This document shows, in pieces, positions 51,186 through 64,000 of a stretch of 64,000 bases of DNA; positions within the stretch are counted from its first letter, which is position 1, and the number at the start of each line of letters is the position of its first letter. The stretch is taken from contig NC_069003.1 in assembly GCF_001194135.2 (NCBI RefSeq), positions 28,547,011 to 28,611,010 of the forward strand. Reading direction: 5' to 3'. Origin of the DNA: Octopus bimaculoides. Lineage: Eukaryota. A model generated the notes under the pieces. That model had not been told where the DNA came from. It saw only the letters and a program-made list of their open reading frames with translations, and searched no databases. A program made the translations under genes and the position numbers.

Positions 51186-53603
51186 AGCTCATATATATAT
51201 ATATACGCACGAACGCACACACACGCATGTATGTATGTGTGTATCTCTATGTTTATATTTATACATGCATACCAGGAAAAAGATACGCGCATACCACATA
51301 TATGCACATGCTTGCGTGCCTGTGTGTGTGTGTGTGTACGTATATGTGCATGTATATGCGTGTCTGCTAAGTGCAGGCAAAATATAGCGAACATTTAGGT
51401 AGCAATGGAAAATCTTTATCCTGTTAAAAAGCTCAAAATTTTATATTAGAACATGTTCTCCAGTCTGTCTGTTGGAAGGTGTCAATATTGTAATAATAAT
51501 CAGAATAAGGAGAGTTCGGTTTTGATTTTAAAGTATCTGATTGCTAGTCACATTTTCTTCGACGTTGTATTCCATCATCCGTCCTTCTTAGATCAATGCA
51601 AAAAGAGAAAAAAAAACAAAAAAAACTCAGTAATATATTGGAGTGTGATTAACTTAGACATGCTCTTCGACCTAATGACGCCAAAAACGAAATCGGTATT
51701 CCAAAAAGAAACGTATGAAGTACCTTAATTTTTCTCAGTTCAAGGAGAATTGTTCCAAAGATTAATTATATTGTTGCTATAGATCTCAAAACACAATGAA
51801 TACAAATGTGACATTAGAAAATACATTAACTATAGGCATTTATTGAGCTATGTAGTTTATTCAATGGCATCAGTAATAAGAAAAATTCAATGCTACGAGT
51901 ATACAAACTTGTATCTCCTTCTCTCTGTTTCTGTGTCTCTCTGTATTTCTCTCTATACATATATGTATATAAATGTATATATAAATGTGTGTGTATGTAT
52001 ACATATATATAGATATATTTAAGTTTGTGTACATATATATACATTCACATACAAGCATACGTACACTTATGTATATATGTATGTTTGTATGTATGTGTGT
52101 GTGTGTGTGTGTATGTATGTATGCTGCATGTATGTATATAAACAAGCAGTTAAATTCAAAATCAATGGATATATAAAAATATGTCAGAGAGTTTGCTTTA
52201 TTTTGAAAAAAAATTAAGTGTTCACATTCATTCTTTTTTTTTTATATATAGCAAAAAAGTCCATATAACGTATTCAAAGCTAATCTTGAAAAAAACCCCA
52301 CAAAATACATAAAAACAACGGGTCTTCCAAATAAATGTTTGGAGATATAGCATTGAAACAACCTTAAAACCTTAGAAGAATGTAATTATTGAGGATCGAT
52401 GGAGTTGAGATTCAGATAAAAACAATATAGATGATCATTATATTGGGTTACCTTCTCTCCATAGCAAAAAACATCACCGACTGTTAAATATTTAAAACTT
52501 GTGTTATATTTTATGTTAGATATCGATCAAGCATGAGGCTAGTTTGGAATGTATGGGATTCTGTTGGAGATTAACTTTGGAAATTAATGCCTTTCAACGA
52601 GCTACCATTATCTTCATAAATACTTTTTCTCACTAAAATATTTTCAATTGGAGATGAAAAGCGGGTTTAGATAAATCTCTGCAATTTCATCTGAAATGCG
52701 TATTGTTTTTCTTTTGTTTATTCAAAGTGTCCCCCTATACAAGGAATTGCATAGGAAACATATCACATAATTAATCTGACATACAATTCTATGACTATAA
52801 AGATACATTTACAGCTATTTTCATTGACATGCTATTAAAATGTAATAAACACATATGCAACAAAAATACATCTATGAGTAATTTTCTCCTACTCTTTTGA
52901 ATGTTCACTATATCAAATAATTCTCGTATCAGAAGCTGGAGACAAACTCACTTGCAAATTGACGTGACAGCACTACAAAATATTGAATAACAAATATGCT
53001 AAATTTTTATTTTTACACAATTTAATCAGAAAAGGAATAGCAGCGCTTGTAACCTCTTTCAAGATCTGAAATATGAGTGAGAGGAGGAAGTGGGAAAATA
53101 CGATTATCTTGAGGTCGTAGGGTTAGTCAAGATGTTTGCAACATTGTAGATTCGGTAAAAGCATTGCCAGGTCAGGTGGTGGTGGTATCAAAGCCGGAAA
53201 TGGATTATATCTGTCAAACAAGTAAAGGACTGACTATCCCTCGGTTAGTCATGCAAGGTCCGACGGCCAAATTTCACTCATAAGGGTTTGTCATCACAGA
53301 ATTTAGTCTCTCAATGTGCTGCGTAACGAAATCGAAACTAAAGCCATGTTTCAAAGTGAAATTCTTAACCATAGGGCTACACTTATCAATTTAATGTCTG
53401 CTTGAAAAAAATGTACTCGCTGGGTGATCAAGACGCTAGCTTTGCCGCCATGTCATGTGGAACAAAACATGTGTGCCGTTAGATGGTATATATATNNNNN
53501 NNNNNNNNNNNNNNNNNNNNNNNNNNNNNNNNNNNNNNNNNNNNNNNNNNNNNNNNNNNNNNNNNNNNNNNNNNNNNNNNNNNNNNNNNNNNNNNNNNNN
53601 NNN

Positions 53604-53639
<36 letters not shown>

Positions 53640-53699
53640 AACATATATAGACATATATATATACACGTACATCCATCAATCCATACATACATATATATA

Positions 53700-53762
53700 G
53701 GAGCACTCCGTCGGTCACGACGACGAAGGTCCCAGCTGATCCGATCAACGGAACAACATGCT
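53700..53762 (-). mobile_element. Family B SINE 3' tip
   Basis: Reverse complement reads GTTCCGTTGATCGGATCAGCTGGGACCTTCGTCGTCGTGACCGACGGAGTGC. Confidence 0.75.
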
Positions 53763-54759
53763 CTACCATAACTTGTTTTGAAACAAGCAAAACAAGAAAA
53801 ATGTAAATCCATAAATGATACATTTTTCAAACCTCAACAATAGTGAGAAACACTAAAAAAAAGAAAGTGAATTTCTTCTACCGTTGAATTGCAATGTACC
53901 TCAAACTAAACTATCGAACGTTTCCTCGAATTTTAAAGAGAGTTTTGTGTGATTTCCAAAAGACTGGTATCTATTATTAGCCAGTGGAACCACTTCCTAA
54001 TTTATTGGTCGGACTATGAAAATGACAACGGTAAAGAAAGGAGAAAGGCATTTACAGGAACAATTATTTTGAATGGTCATCCTTATTCCCTAAACATGAC
54101 AATATGGACATTGAATTTATTGTAGAAATTAGAAAATCCAAACAAACAAAAAAGAAAACAAACTAAATTCCTGCAATCAAATTCCACATGATGGCAATGA
54201 AAGGATTGTTTGATTATTTCAAATTACTTCATTACATGTCAGAATTCTAAAGTCATTTTTTTCTGTTGGAATCAACAGCAGAAAAGAACAACATATTTCT
54301 TTTAATTTCAACCCTCCAGTTATTTTTAAAATTAGTACTCTTCCCTATGATAGTTCTAAATTTCTTTTAACGATGTTTGTTAGATACTGAGTCAAAATAA
54401 ATATAAATTTATCTTAAACAGGCAGCGAAACCAGATTACAGAAATCATGATTTTTACTTAGACGCTTCTCTTCCTAGACAATATAATATCCTAAGCTTTT
54501 TATATAATTTAATTTTATTTCTACAGCGTTTTACAGAAGTTCAGTTATTTATTTTTTTTCTTAGCGTGCTGATTAAAGTGGTTGAATTGAACTAAAAAAT
54601 ACAATGTTCCTATAAGTGGCCTTCTCTTCACAATTCTAGTCGCCCAGCTGCACCGTTTCCCTTTTATGGTAAGGATGATGATACGCTGCCCAGCATGGCC
54701 GCAGTCTAATGACTGAAGCAGGTAAAAGATGAAAGATAAAAGGTGATAAAATAATGATT

Positions 54760-55110
54760 TCCATCGTCATTATTGTCATCATGTACATCATCGTTACTGT
54801 CCATATCATCATCACATCACTATAGCACCAACACCACAGCCACCACCACAGAACCATCACCACCACCACAGAACCATCACCACCACCACTAACACAACCA
54901 TCATCATCATCGTCTTCGTGGTCGTCATCATTAGCATCATTGTCGGCCCTATCATCATCATTATCGGTGTTGTCATCGTCATTAACACCATCCCAAACCC
55001 TAGCCCTCATCATTGTCCTCATCGTCGTCATCGTCGTCGTCGTCGTCGTCGTCACCGTCGTCGTCGTCGTCGTCATCATCGTCGTTGCCATCGTCATCAT
55101 GACCATCAAA
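54760..55110. repeat. Compound CAT/CAC/CGT trinucleotide low-complexity tract
   Basis: Imperfect ACC, CAT and CGT repeats, with a duplicated CACCACCACAGAACCATCAC unit. Confidence 0.85.
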
Positions 55111-55323
55111 ACATTTCTTCAATGAATCTGCCGAAAAATACGATTTCCTGGCATTTATTAATAAATTTCAACCGGAAAATAGGTTTCTATTATTCTTCAA
55201 AGTCTGTGAATTCCACTGTAAATTCTAATGTGCGCAAAACGAAGATTAAATTTACCATGAAACGGATTTGCAATGCATGAACTTTTTAGCTGGATCAAAC
55301 CAGGTAAAACATGTTATTATTAA

Positions 55324-55496
<173 letters not shown>

Positions 55497-55539
55497 TTTA
55501 TCATCTTTATTATTATTGTTGTTGTTGTTATATGAATGC

Positions 55540-55685
55540 TCAGAGGCAGTTCTTCGGGCTCTATATTCTGAGTTCAAATTCCGCCGAGGTGAACTTTTGC
55601 TTTCATCCTTTCTGGGTCGATAAAATAAATACCAGCAGAGTACTGGGATCGACGTAATCCACTTAATCCCTCCTCTGAAATTTCT
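55540..55685 (+). mobile_element. 5'-truncated family C SINE
   Basis: TTCTGAGTTCAAATTCCGCCGAGGTGAACTTTTGCTTTCATCCTTTCTGGGTCGATAAAATAAATACCAG. Confidence 0.75.
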
Positions 55686-56254
55686 GGATCTCCGTTTGCA
55701 AGACACACTTCTCCACAGCTTATCTCTTTCACGAAGTTGCAATCTTGGGTCAAAAAAAAAAAAGGCCAAGATTAGGCGCCAGACATCTGCAATGTTGTTA
55801 GGCGCTCACTGTCCTCTACCAGTTGGTCAATACGGTCGGTAGAAGTTCTTTGGTAGCAATATATAGAAAATTAGAGGTGGGTATGAGTGATGACGTTCTC
55901 GGAGAAACTCTAGGCGTCGAAGAGGATGAAGCATTTGGTCCATTTCGAAGGACTTTCGGTCCCGGTACTACCATGAATAACTTCTGGAAATCTCTGACTT
56001 GTCAGTGCTACTGAGCACTGCCAGTTTAAGGTAAACTCTACCGAGAAGGAAGAGTTTACCGGTCGAAAATAAGAGTTTCGACTGTTATTTCCAGCAGGTA
56101 GACATACTTAGTATGTTCTTTCATTAATTTTAATCCTTCAGTTATTTAATCCTTTTTGGCTCTGAAATCGTCTATATTATTGATTCTATTATCATCATTT
56201 TTAATTGTTACACTAGATAATAAGAGAGTCAATGATATCTTCGCAAGTATTAAG

Positions 56255-56466
56255 ACGGCGAGCTGGCAGAAACGTTAGCACGCCGGGCGAAATGCTTAGC
56301 GGAATTTCGTCTGTCTTTACGTTCTGAGTTCAAATTTCGCCGAGGTCGACTTTGCCTTTCATCCTTCCGGGTTCGATAAATTAAGTACCAATTGCGTACT
56401 GGGCTCGATCTAATGGACTGGCCCCCTCCCCCAAAATTTCGGGCCTCGGTCCTAGAGTAGAAAAAA
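56255..56466 (+). mobile_element. Full-length tRNA-derived SINE, family C
   Basis: Head GACGGCGAGCTGGCAGAAACGTTAGCACGCCGGGCGAAATGCTTAGC, a B-box-like GAGTTCAAATT, and a tail CCCCAAAATTTCGGGCCTCGGTCCTAGAGTAGAAAAAAA. Confidence 0.85.
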
Positions 56467-58060
56467 AATATTTTCTCCTGAATCATTTCCTCCGTATTGA
56501 AATTATATATATACATATATCGTATGCTGAGATGCAATAATTATTTTTTTCACAGACTCAACTTATTTTCATTTGTCACACGCATTATCACAGACAAACT
56601 GGCGATCACGATCTCTCTTTCGAAGGTTTGCAGACTTATACACCTGAAGAAAATAGCATATATGAAAGACTATAACATGAATAAAAGGGCCATGTTTCCC
56701 AAAACGATATATAGTTTTTTCTGCCTGTCCGTCTGTCTGTCTGTCCATACATACATACATACATACATGCATACATGCATACATACAGTTTTGCTCTAAA
56801 CTCAGAATTCGGTGTCTACAATTGGCCCCTCATAGCAATTTACCATAGTTGCTGTTTAGTTTCCGAAGTTGAGATCGAATTGATTTACGATCAAAAGTAT
56901 TCTAAAAACTTGTTTAGGGAGCCCTAAATTATATATAATTAAAGTAAGGGTGATTTGAGGGAAATTTGGCTTTAATTTCTTGCAGACTGGGCGACCACAA
57001 AGATATTCTCTCGATCATTTATATAACGATGTGATAATTTGGAACAAAGATTTATATTGAATTGAATGTGGAGGTTTCGCAAGAAATAATAGATGGAAAA
57101 AGTATTGAGATGTCTCTAATTTTGGGGCATGAAAATACGTTTTTGGCGGTAGGGAAGTCTTTTCAACGAGAAGTGACATTTAATCAACTATGGTATTTAT
57201 ATGGAGTTACAGAATGCTGAAAGCAATTCTTCGGAAATCTGCAGAACTCCACGTGGCCTAACTCTGGGCAGCTTCGGAATCATTTACCAACTGAATTAAA
57301 TATGAAAAGGAAAAAAGAAAAATTGAAGGGATTAAAGGCAAAACGTATAAATAAAAAAATACCCCAAAAGCCACAGAAAAAAAAAATTAGGAAGTCTAAA
57401 AGGATACGTCTCAAAGTACATCAATCATTCAATAAAAAAAATGAATAAATTTGAAGAGTAATAAATGATAAAAGTGTTGTGAGATACAACACAAAAATCC
57501 AATTACATCGAAACGAATGTCATAGAAGTAGGAACTTAGTGGAGACGCTATGATAATCCGTTTGAAAAGGTTAGAGAATGTCTCAACATGAAAACTGAAG
57601 TGAGAGATGGATTTATGTAAGCTAACAGTAAAACTGTCCTCTGACACAGTATATAATTCGCTACTTGACAACATTCGCCAGAGGATTTAAGTAAATGTAT
57701 GAATTTAGATCAATTAGAATGCAGGAACTCTCTATGGAATGATAAAAAAAAGGATTTAGTTATGAGCTGTTGCTTATAATCAATAATTGATTTTTTTAAA
57801 TCTTGTTTTTATTTATATCAAATAATTATATATTTGTCAGATATTTTTGTATCAGTTACATATATTCCATTCTTCTTTTCATAGCAGAGATATTTTACTT
57901 TTTTCGCTATTTCCTCGGGGATAGAGGTTTTTTAATATTCAAATGACAGTAACACACATACGACAATGAAAGAAAGAATACATATTATTTTAACTGTGAA
58001 GAAGCATGGCTTATTGGTTAGAGATGTTGGACTCATACTATACTAAGAGTTTAAATTAAA

Positions 58061-58439
58061 AAGAAGACATAGTGAACCGCAGTAAAATCTAAGAATCTAA
58101 AAGTTGATAATAATGGTAACAAAAATCTTAGTAATGGAGAAAGGGAGAGAATCCAATAAATTCTTTATATACTACTCATTATGTAAACAAACGTATATAA
58201 TGAAGGCTGGATTTTAAATATAATTAATTAACCATAATATAGTATCATATTAAAATACGAATTGCAATAAGCAATTCTATATTTACAATCCATTCTTCAT
58301 TATATACGTTTATTTACATAATGAGTAGTATATAAAGAATTTATTGGATTCCCTCCCTTTCTCCATTACTAACATTTTTGTTACCATTATTATTAACTTT
58401 TAGATTTTTAGATTTTACTGCGGTTCACTATGTCTTCTT
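58061..58439. mobile_element. Foldback element/MITE with 162-bp inverted arms and a 55-bp spacer
   Basis: Arms at 58061-58222 and 58278-58439 align without gaps, with about 8 mismatches counted by eye. Confidence 0.9.
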
Positions 58440-58834
58440 GGTTCAATTTCCATCGATCAACCCTTTTAAGGTTGTAAATAATGTCGCTATCGTTCTCCTG
58501 TAGTCTTGCCTTTATTCTGTCGCAGATTGCCTTTTGTTCATCTACCATGTCGCCGTTAGTTTTATTGTCTTCTTTTAGACCATCTATATGTCTTTCAAGT
58601 AAACTACCACAGCTCCTTTCCTGTGCTATGAGATTCTTCTTCTTCTTCTTCTTCTTATTATTATTATTGTTGTTGTTATTATTATTATTATCCTATATTT
58701 TATCGGCACAGCTCTGTGCAACCCCCAAAAACCTGTTACCGACAGTTGATATCAGTAGACTGTAGCCGGCATAATACACTACTTTTATATGCATATTCAA
58801 AAAGTCTCCCGTAAACGATCAGAAAAGAAATGTA

Positions 58835-58890
<56 letters not shown>

Positions 58891-58923
58891 GACATATCCA
58901 TTCATGTATGTATACACACAGGC

Positions 58924-58980
<57 letters not shown>

Positions 58981-59985
58981 CACATACATATACATACATA
59001 TACATATATATCTTAATATACATGTATAGAAAGACATACAAATGCACTCACATGACATACTTATGCGTAAATGGTGGTGTGTGGATGAGTGCATGTATAA
59101 GCACAACAGAATAAAAAAATTAATTAAAAATATATATAAAAATAATAGTTTGGGCTAAAATAATTAAAACGCTACATAATAGCTGAGGCAGTTTGTAAGC
59201 TGCTTGCTATCATCCCTCTGTATTTTTCTATTCAATAAAATTGAAAAAACTTAAGACGCCATGAGGACAGACAATGGAATTTATTTATTCTGGAGGCAAC
59301 AGAAAAATGATATAATGACATAAAGAAATAAATGCGATATTAAAACAATAATAGTAAAGTTTACGCGCCTGAACACACATATATATATATTATATGTATA
59401 TATTGTAAGACAAGGAGACATATTACAGACAGGCATACACACGAATAGAGTTAGCCAGACTAAGAAATGAGTAGACAATGAAAAAGAAAACAGAACGGAA
59501 TAAAATGTGTCGTGCAAGAATTTGCTTCTGATGTGACAGTAGCATAACCTACATAATACGTAAAACATGTAACCTGTATCCTTTCATTCGGCATACATTC
59601 TTTAATTCACTTCCTAGAACATTATATAGGATGCAGGTGAAATAATGAAAAAAAGAAAACGGAAAACAGAATGAAAACCAAACAAATGAAAGAGAAAAGG
59701 AATGGAGTCTGGTATAGTATTTTGCCTAGGTAGTTTGTTTTACAACCAGCTCCGATGCCCGTAGGCAATGTTCAGGGAAATGTATTCCACTCAAAATTCC
59801 AATTAACCAATATTTTGTAAGTGAAAATAGGTAGGCATGGCTAGTTAGAGATATGGTAGTACGATGTGGTTTTGTTTGAGTTCCACTGCGCAGTGACTTA
59901 GACAAGTGTCTACTTGTGTAGCCAATAAAACTATGTGAGTGAATTCGGTAAACGGAGAAAACATGGAAGTCCAATATGTATATAT

Positions 59986-60333
59986 TGGCTGTATGGTAAG
60001 AAACTTGCTTCCCAAACACATAATATCGGGTTCAGTCCCATGCGTGGCACTGTCGGTAAGTGTCTTTTACAATAGCCTCGGGCTGACCAAAGCCTTGTGA
60101 ATGTATTTGGTAGACGTATGTGTGTATGTGTGTGTGCATTTGTGTTTGTCCCCCACCACTATTGCTTGACAACCGGTGTTAGTTCATTTACGTCCCTGTA
60201 AGAGACTAAGTACTAGGCTTACAAAGAATAATGCCTGGGGTCGATTTCTTCGACTTAAACCCTTTAAGGCGGTACTCCTGCATAGTCGCAGTCAAATGAC
60301 TGAAACAAGTAAAATAATAAAAGAATAAAAGAA
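59986..60333 (+). mobile_element. Family A SINE, preceded by an older head at about 59830-59975
   Basis: Head TGGCTGTATGGTAAG...GGGTTCAGTCCCATGCGTGGCAC, a TG spacer, and a tail GGCGGTACTCCTGCATAGTCGCAGTCAAATGACTGAAACAAGTAAAA. Confidence 0.85.
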
Positions 60334-60571
60334 TATATATATATATATATANNNNNNNNNNNNNNNNNNNNNNNNNNNNNNNNNNNNNNNNNNNNNNNNN
60401 NNNNNNNNNNNNNNNNNNNNNNNNNNNNNNNNNNNNNNNNNNNNNNNNNNNNNNNNNNNNNNNNNNNNNNNNNNNNNNNNNNNNNNNNNNNNNNNNNNNN
60501 NNNNNNNNNNNNNNNNNNNNNNNNNCTTGTGAATGTATTTGGTAGACGTATGTGTGTATGTGTGTGTGTGT

Positions 60572-60995
60572 GCCGGCCCAATGGTTTCACTTCATGGCAG
60601 AATTAATATTGAAGGCTATTGAAGTATTTTATCTGATCAAATTAAGCCTATGATTGCGGAACTGTTTCCGGAGGGAAACGTAATCTTTGAGGATGATAAT
60701 GCACCAATTCACACAGCTAAAGTTGTTACTGAATGGCACGAGGAACATTCTAGTGAAGTTGAACATCTTATCTGGCCACCACAGTCCCCAGATCTCAATA
60801 TTATTGAACGTTTACGTTGCATTTTAGAAAAACAAGTAAGGAATCGATATCCTCCACCATCATCACTACAAGAACTGGAGACTGTTTGAGCTGAAGAATG
60901 GACAAAAATTCCTTTGGAAACAATTTAAACATTGTATGAGTCTATATCTCGTAGAATTCAAGCTGTAGTCACTGCCAAAGGCGGTCCTACCCCTA
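60572..60995 (+). mobile_element. Tc1-like (DD34E) transposase C-terminal fragment
   Basis: IFEDDNAPIHTAKVVTEWHEEH...LIWPPQSPDLNIIE...LEKQVRNRYPPPSSLQELETV*AEEW...RRIQAVVTAKGGPTP. Confidence 0.92.
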
Positions 60996-61858
60996 CCAGC
61001 ATTTCAAGTAAGTACTGTGTACCAATTTGTACCACTAAATCATTTGAAATCGGTGCTCCAGCATGCCCGTAGTCCACAGAAAAAAAAGCAACAGCAATCT
61101 TATTGAGCCCTCAACGTATACATACATTAGCATACACCCCCAATTGGCAACCACCCCCACACACGGACAGGCGCACATATATCCGACATTGCTTCACTCA
61201 CACACACCGACACGTCGCAGGCATCGCTTGTTATCAGACCTAATCCATTGCTTTCTGTTAACCTCTCTTACTCATCCTTCGGCTATTCTGTCACCTCAAT
61301 GGCTTCCATAACGAATAAAAGGAAATTTAAAAAAAATACACGTCAGTTTAGTGTTGAATTAACTCTATTCAAATTTAAATTAATATTCGCACCGTTGATT
61401 ACTCCCTGTTACATGTACATGTACGCACTAACAACACAATTTAAATCACATACACAAGTACTAAAATCATCTTTCTAATTCAGATATGCATATTAAAGCA
61501 TTGCAGACTCGCGTAAAACTCTGCCCCCCCTCCCAACTCCCACAAAAGACAAACAAAATGTTTACATATTTTCATGCATAGGCAGAAACATTAACTTCAG
61601 ATGAGTAAGCTCACGCATACCGAACTAGAGAACGGTACAATACTCACACGCTTGCAGATGAAAGCATTTACAAGCATATACACACGTGGAAGCCAAACAA
61701 AATAAAATCGCAATTAAATTTGAACACGCGCATCAAAAACACAACTAAATGGTATAAAGACATATATGTATGTTTGTTTGTATGTGTGTGTATAAGTATG
61801 TATATATGTGTGTGTATGCGCGTGCGTATGCGTGTGTGTGTGAGTTTGTGTGTATATA

Positions 61859-62700
61859 CAGGGTGCGTAAGATATTTGAGGATAGATTTATGTTCATAAA
61901 AAACGGATATATAATAACAGATATTTATCAAAAAAGGCTATGAGGATAAAAATAAACCTTTTCTATAATGCTATTCAATAAAGCCACCTTCAGCTCCAAC
62001 AACTGCTTCTATATGAGATCTAAATCACCTATATGCTCGAATCAAGTGGTCCTGGTTGATTTTGGACATTACTCTGAATTTGGTAGATTTCAAAGAATCT
62101 TTGGTGTTATGGTCGTGTTCATTGAACTCTCTCTCAACAACGTTCCACGTGTAATAATCCAATGGATTGTGATCTGGGGAATTAGGGGGCCAAATGTTAG
62201 GGGTTATTTGATCATGAGCATTTTCAACCGTCCATTCCTGTGTTACTAGAGCCATGTGTGATAGTGCAGAGTCTTACTGAAACACATATGCATACACTGT
62301 CTATCCAGGGCTTAACAATTATTTCCAGGACCTCAATGTAGGCCGCAGAGTTAACTCTAAGGCCTTGTGGAAAGAAGGAGGCATCACATGTCCTCCATTG
62401 CTGACAACTCCTAAAACCATGACAGTTGCAGGAAATTTTGTATGCATAACACTTGGAACTTCAGAGGGATCTGCAAATAACCATCTGTCATTTCTTCTGT
62501 TAACTTTTTGATCTTGAAGTTTTTCTCGTTTGAGAAAAACCGAATCAAATCTTCTGCTGGATTTTCAGTTTTTAAAGAGCCTTTTAGATCTGGTATAGTG
62601 ATTTTCTTTTGCATTTTCTGATAAATTAACCTTTCCCATATCGCTTATGAGAAGAAATATAGAACAGTGCGTTTCTTTGTAATGAAATCCCATAGATAGA
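61859..62700 (-). mobile_element. DD37D (maT/Bmmar1-like) transposon, 5'-truncated and decayed
   Basis: ENAKENHYTRSKRL, FFSNEKNF, DQKVNRRNDRWLFADPSEVPSVMHTKFPATVMVLGVVS, VKPWIDSVC, FQ*DSALSH, WPPNSPDHNPLDYYTW and EAVVGAEGGFIE*. The terminus ends CTTACGCACCCTG-TA at 61857-61859. Confidence 0.88.
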
Positions 62701-62789
62701 CATTAAAACTCTCATGATCTTAATATTAACCACAAATTTTCTGAGGAAGATATTAATAGACTCTTATAGTAGAAGAAAAGAAGGGAAAG

Positions 62790-63178
62790 TCTCCTTTATT
62801 TAGGATAGAAAAGTTTCGCGACAGTAGGCCGCGTCAGCACGGCTGTTACGCCTAGGTTTCAGATGTGTAGTGTACGCTCGTCTGAATTTCGTTTTCACCG
62901 AACGCATCGCGCAGAGATATTGCATCAAATTTTAACAAACGTTTCGTGATACTCAAACTCCTCGAACCCTCCAGAAGATTCAACAGGACCTTGGCGATAA
63001 TGTCATGAGCAGAACTCAAATCAAAACGTGGTACAACCGCTTCCAACATAACCGTACTTCAGTGGGGATCGAGGCACGCACAGGAAGGTCATCCACAAAC
63101 CGAAAAAAGGAGTCGATTGAGGAGCTCCTGAGAATAGAAAAGAAGGGAAAAACTGATATATTTTGAACGCACCTCGTA
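62790..63178 (+). mobile_element. Internally deleted mariner (N-terminal HTH plus right TIR)
   Basis: TERIAQRYCIKF*...TLQKIQQDLGDNVMSRTQIKTWYNRFQHNRTSVGIEARTGRSSTNR, then a jump to TTTTGAACGCACCTCG-TA, which resembles the ends of irritans-subfamily mariners such as Hsmar2. Confidence 0.8.
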
Positions 63179-63708
63179 TCCATGCATAAGTGAGCGTTTC
63201 TCTTCTGAGTCGTTGTTGAGGTGTGTTAGTTCTGCACTTCTAGATTCGCATACATGGATATCAGTAAGAGAGTTCTTCTGGAAGATTTCACTACCGATTG
63301 GCAGGATGTTGTTCACTTCATTTTAAAACGCTTTGTTGATGCATTTATTTTTTTCTGCCATTGTTTAGCAAGTGCTGCCTGAGCAAAGCTTTACAGTACC
63401 CAAAGAAAAGCATCAGCTATCATCTAATTATAATTTGATATTTATATCTATACTTTTTGGTGAAATTCGTTAGGTTAGAAAGTATCAAGCTACTAATCTA
63501 GAAATTCCAAAATATTCAGACAAAGAAAGAGATCGATCTGGAGTACCCAATTGCTGGAATTTTTGTACCTAGGATTACTGTTCCTGTTGGATCACGCCTT
63601 TCCTGCACCTTGAATGGTTATCAGTATATATATATATATACATATCTCAATATTATATAAATACGTCCAACTTTATATTGGCTGAATAATTCGATATCAA
63701 ACATGGAC

Positions 63709-63772
<64 letters not shown>

Positions 63773-63912
63773 GTCTGTCTGTCTGTCTGCCTGTCTGTCT
63801 GTCTGTCTGCCTGTCTGTCTGTACGGACATACATGCATAAATACCTATATACATATACATACATATACACTCACACATTATATATATATATATATGTATA
63901 GCTAGATTCTAA

Positions 63913-63950
<38 letters not shown>

Positions 63951-63969
63951 CATACACACACACACACAC

Positions 63970-64000
<31 letters not shown>

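Noticed and set aside
54631-54659. Plus-strand 29-nt exon candidate ending ATG|gtaagg
   Set aside because: It sits next to a SINE tail and has no partner exons. It shows that chance splice-site pairs occur on both strands here.

Overview
AT-rich, microsatellite-dense animal genomic DNA from a short-read scaffold, with 15 N-gaps totalling about 4.8 kb, nearly all flanked by simple repeats. The SINE and microsatellite content strongly suggests an octopus (inference; no database search was run). No intact protein-coding gene, rRNA, true tRNA or CRISPR array is recognisable, so the window looks intronic or intergenic. It holds decayed mobile elements: CR1/L2-like and RTE-like LINE fragments, Penelope-like (GIY-YIG) remnants, two mariners, a Tc1 and a DD37D/maT fragment, a hAT-like MITE, two long foldback elements, and many copies of at least four tRNA-derived SINE types that share modules. 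The best signal is an apparently intact minimal type I hammerhead ribozyme at 45630-45675 (minus strand) in a Penelope-like terminal repeat, with several decayed hammerhead-like cores elsewhere. Also notable are a ~96%-identical 162-bp inverted repeat (58061-58439), a three-hairpin cluster at 56.0 kb, and a speculative chain of very small minus-strand exon candidates at 22-30 kb. All long ORFs in the supplied track are artefacts of N-gaps or microsatellites.
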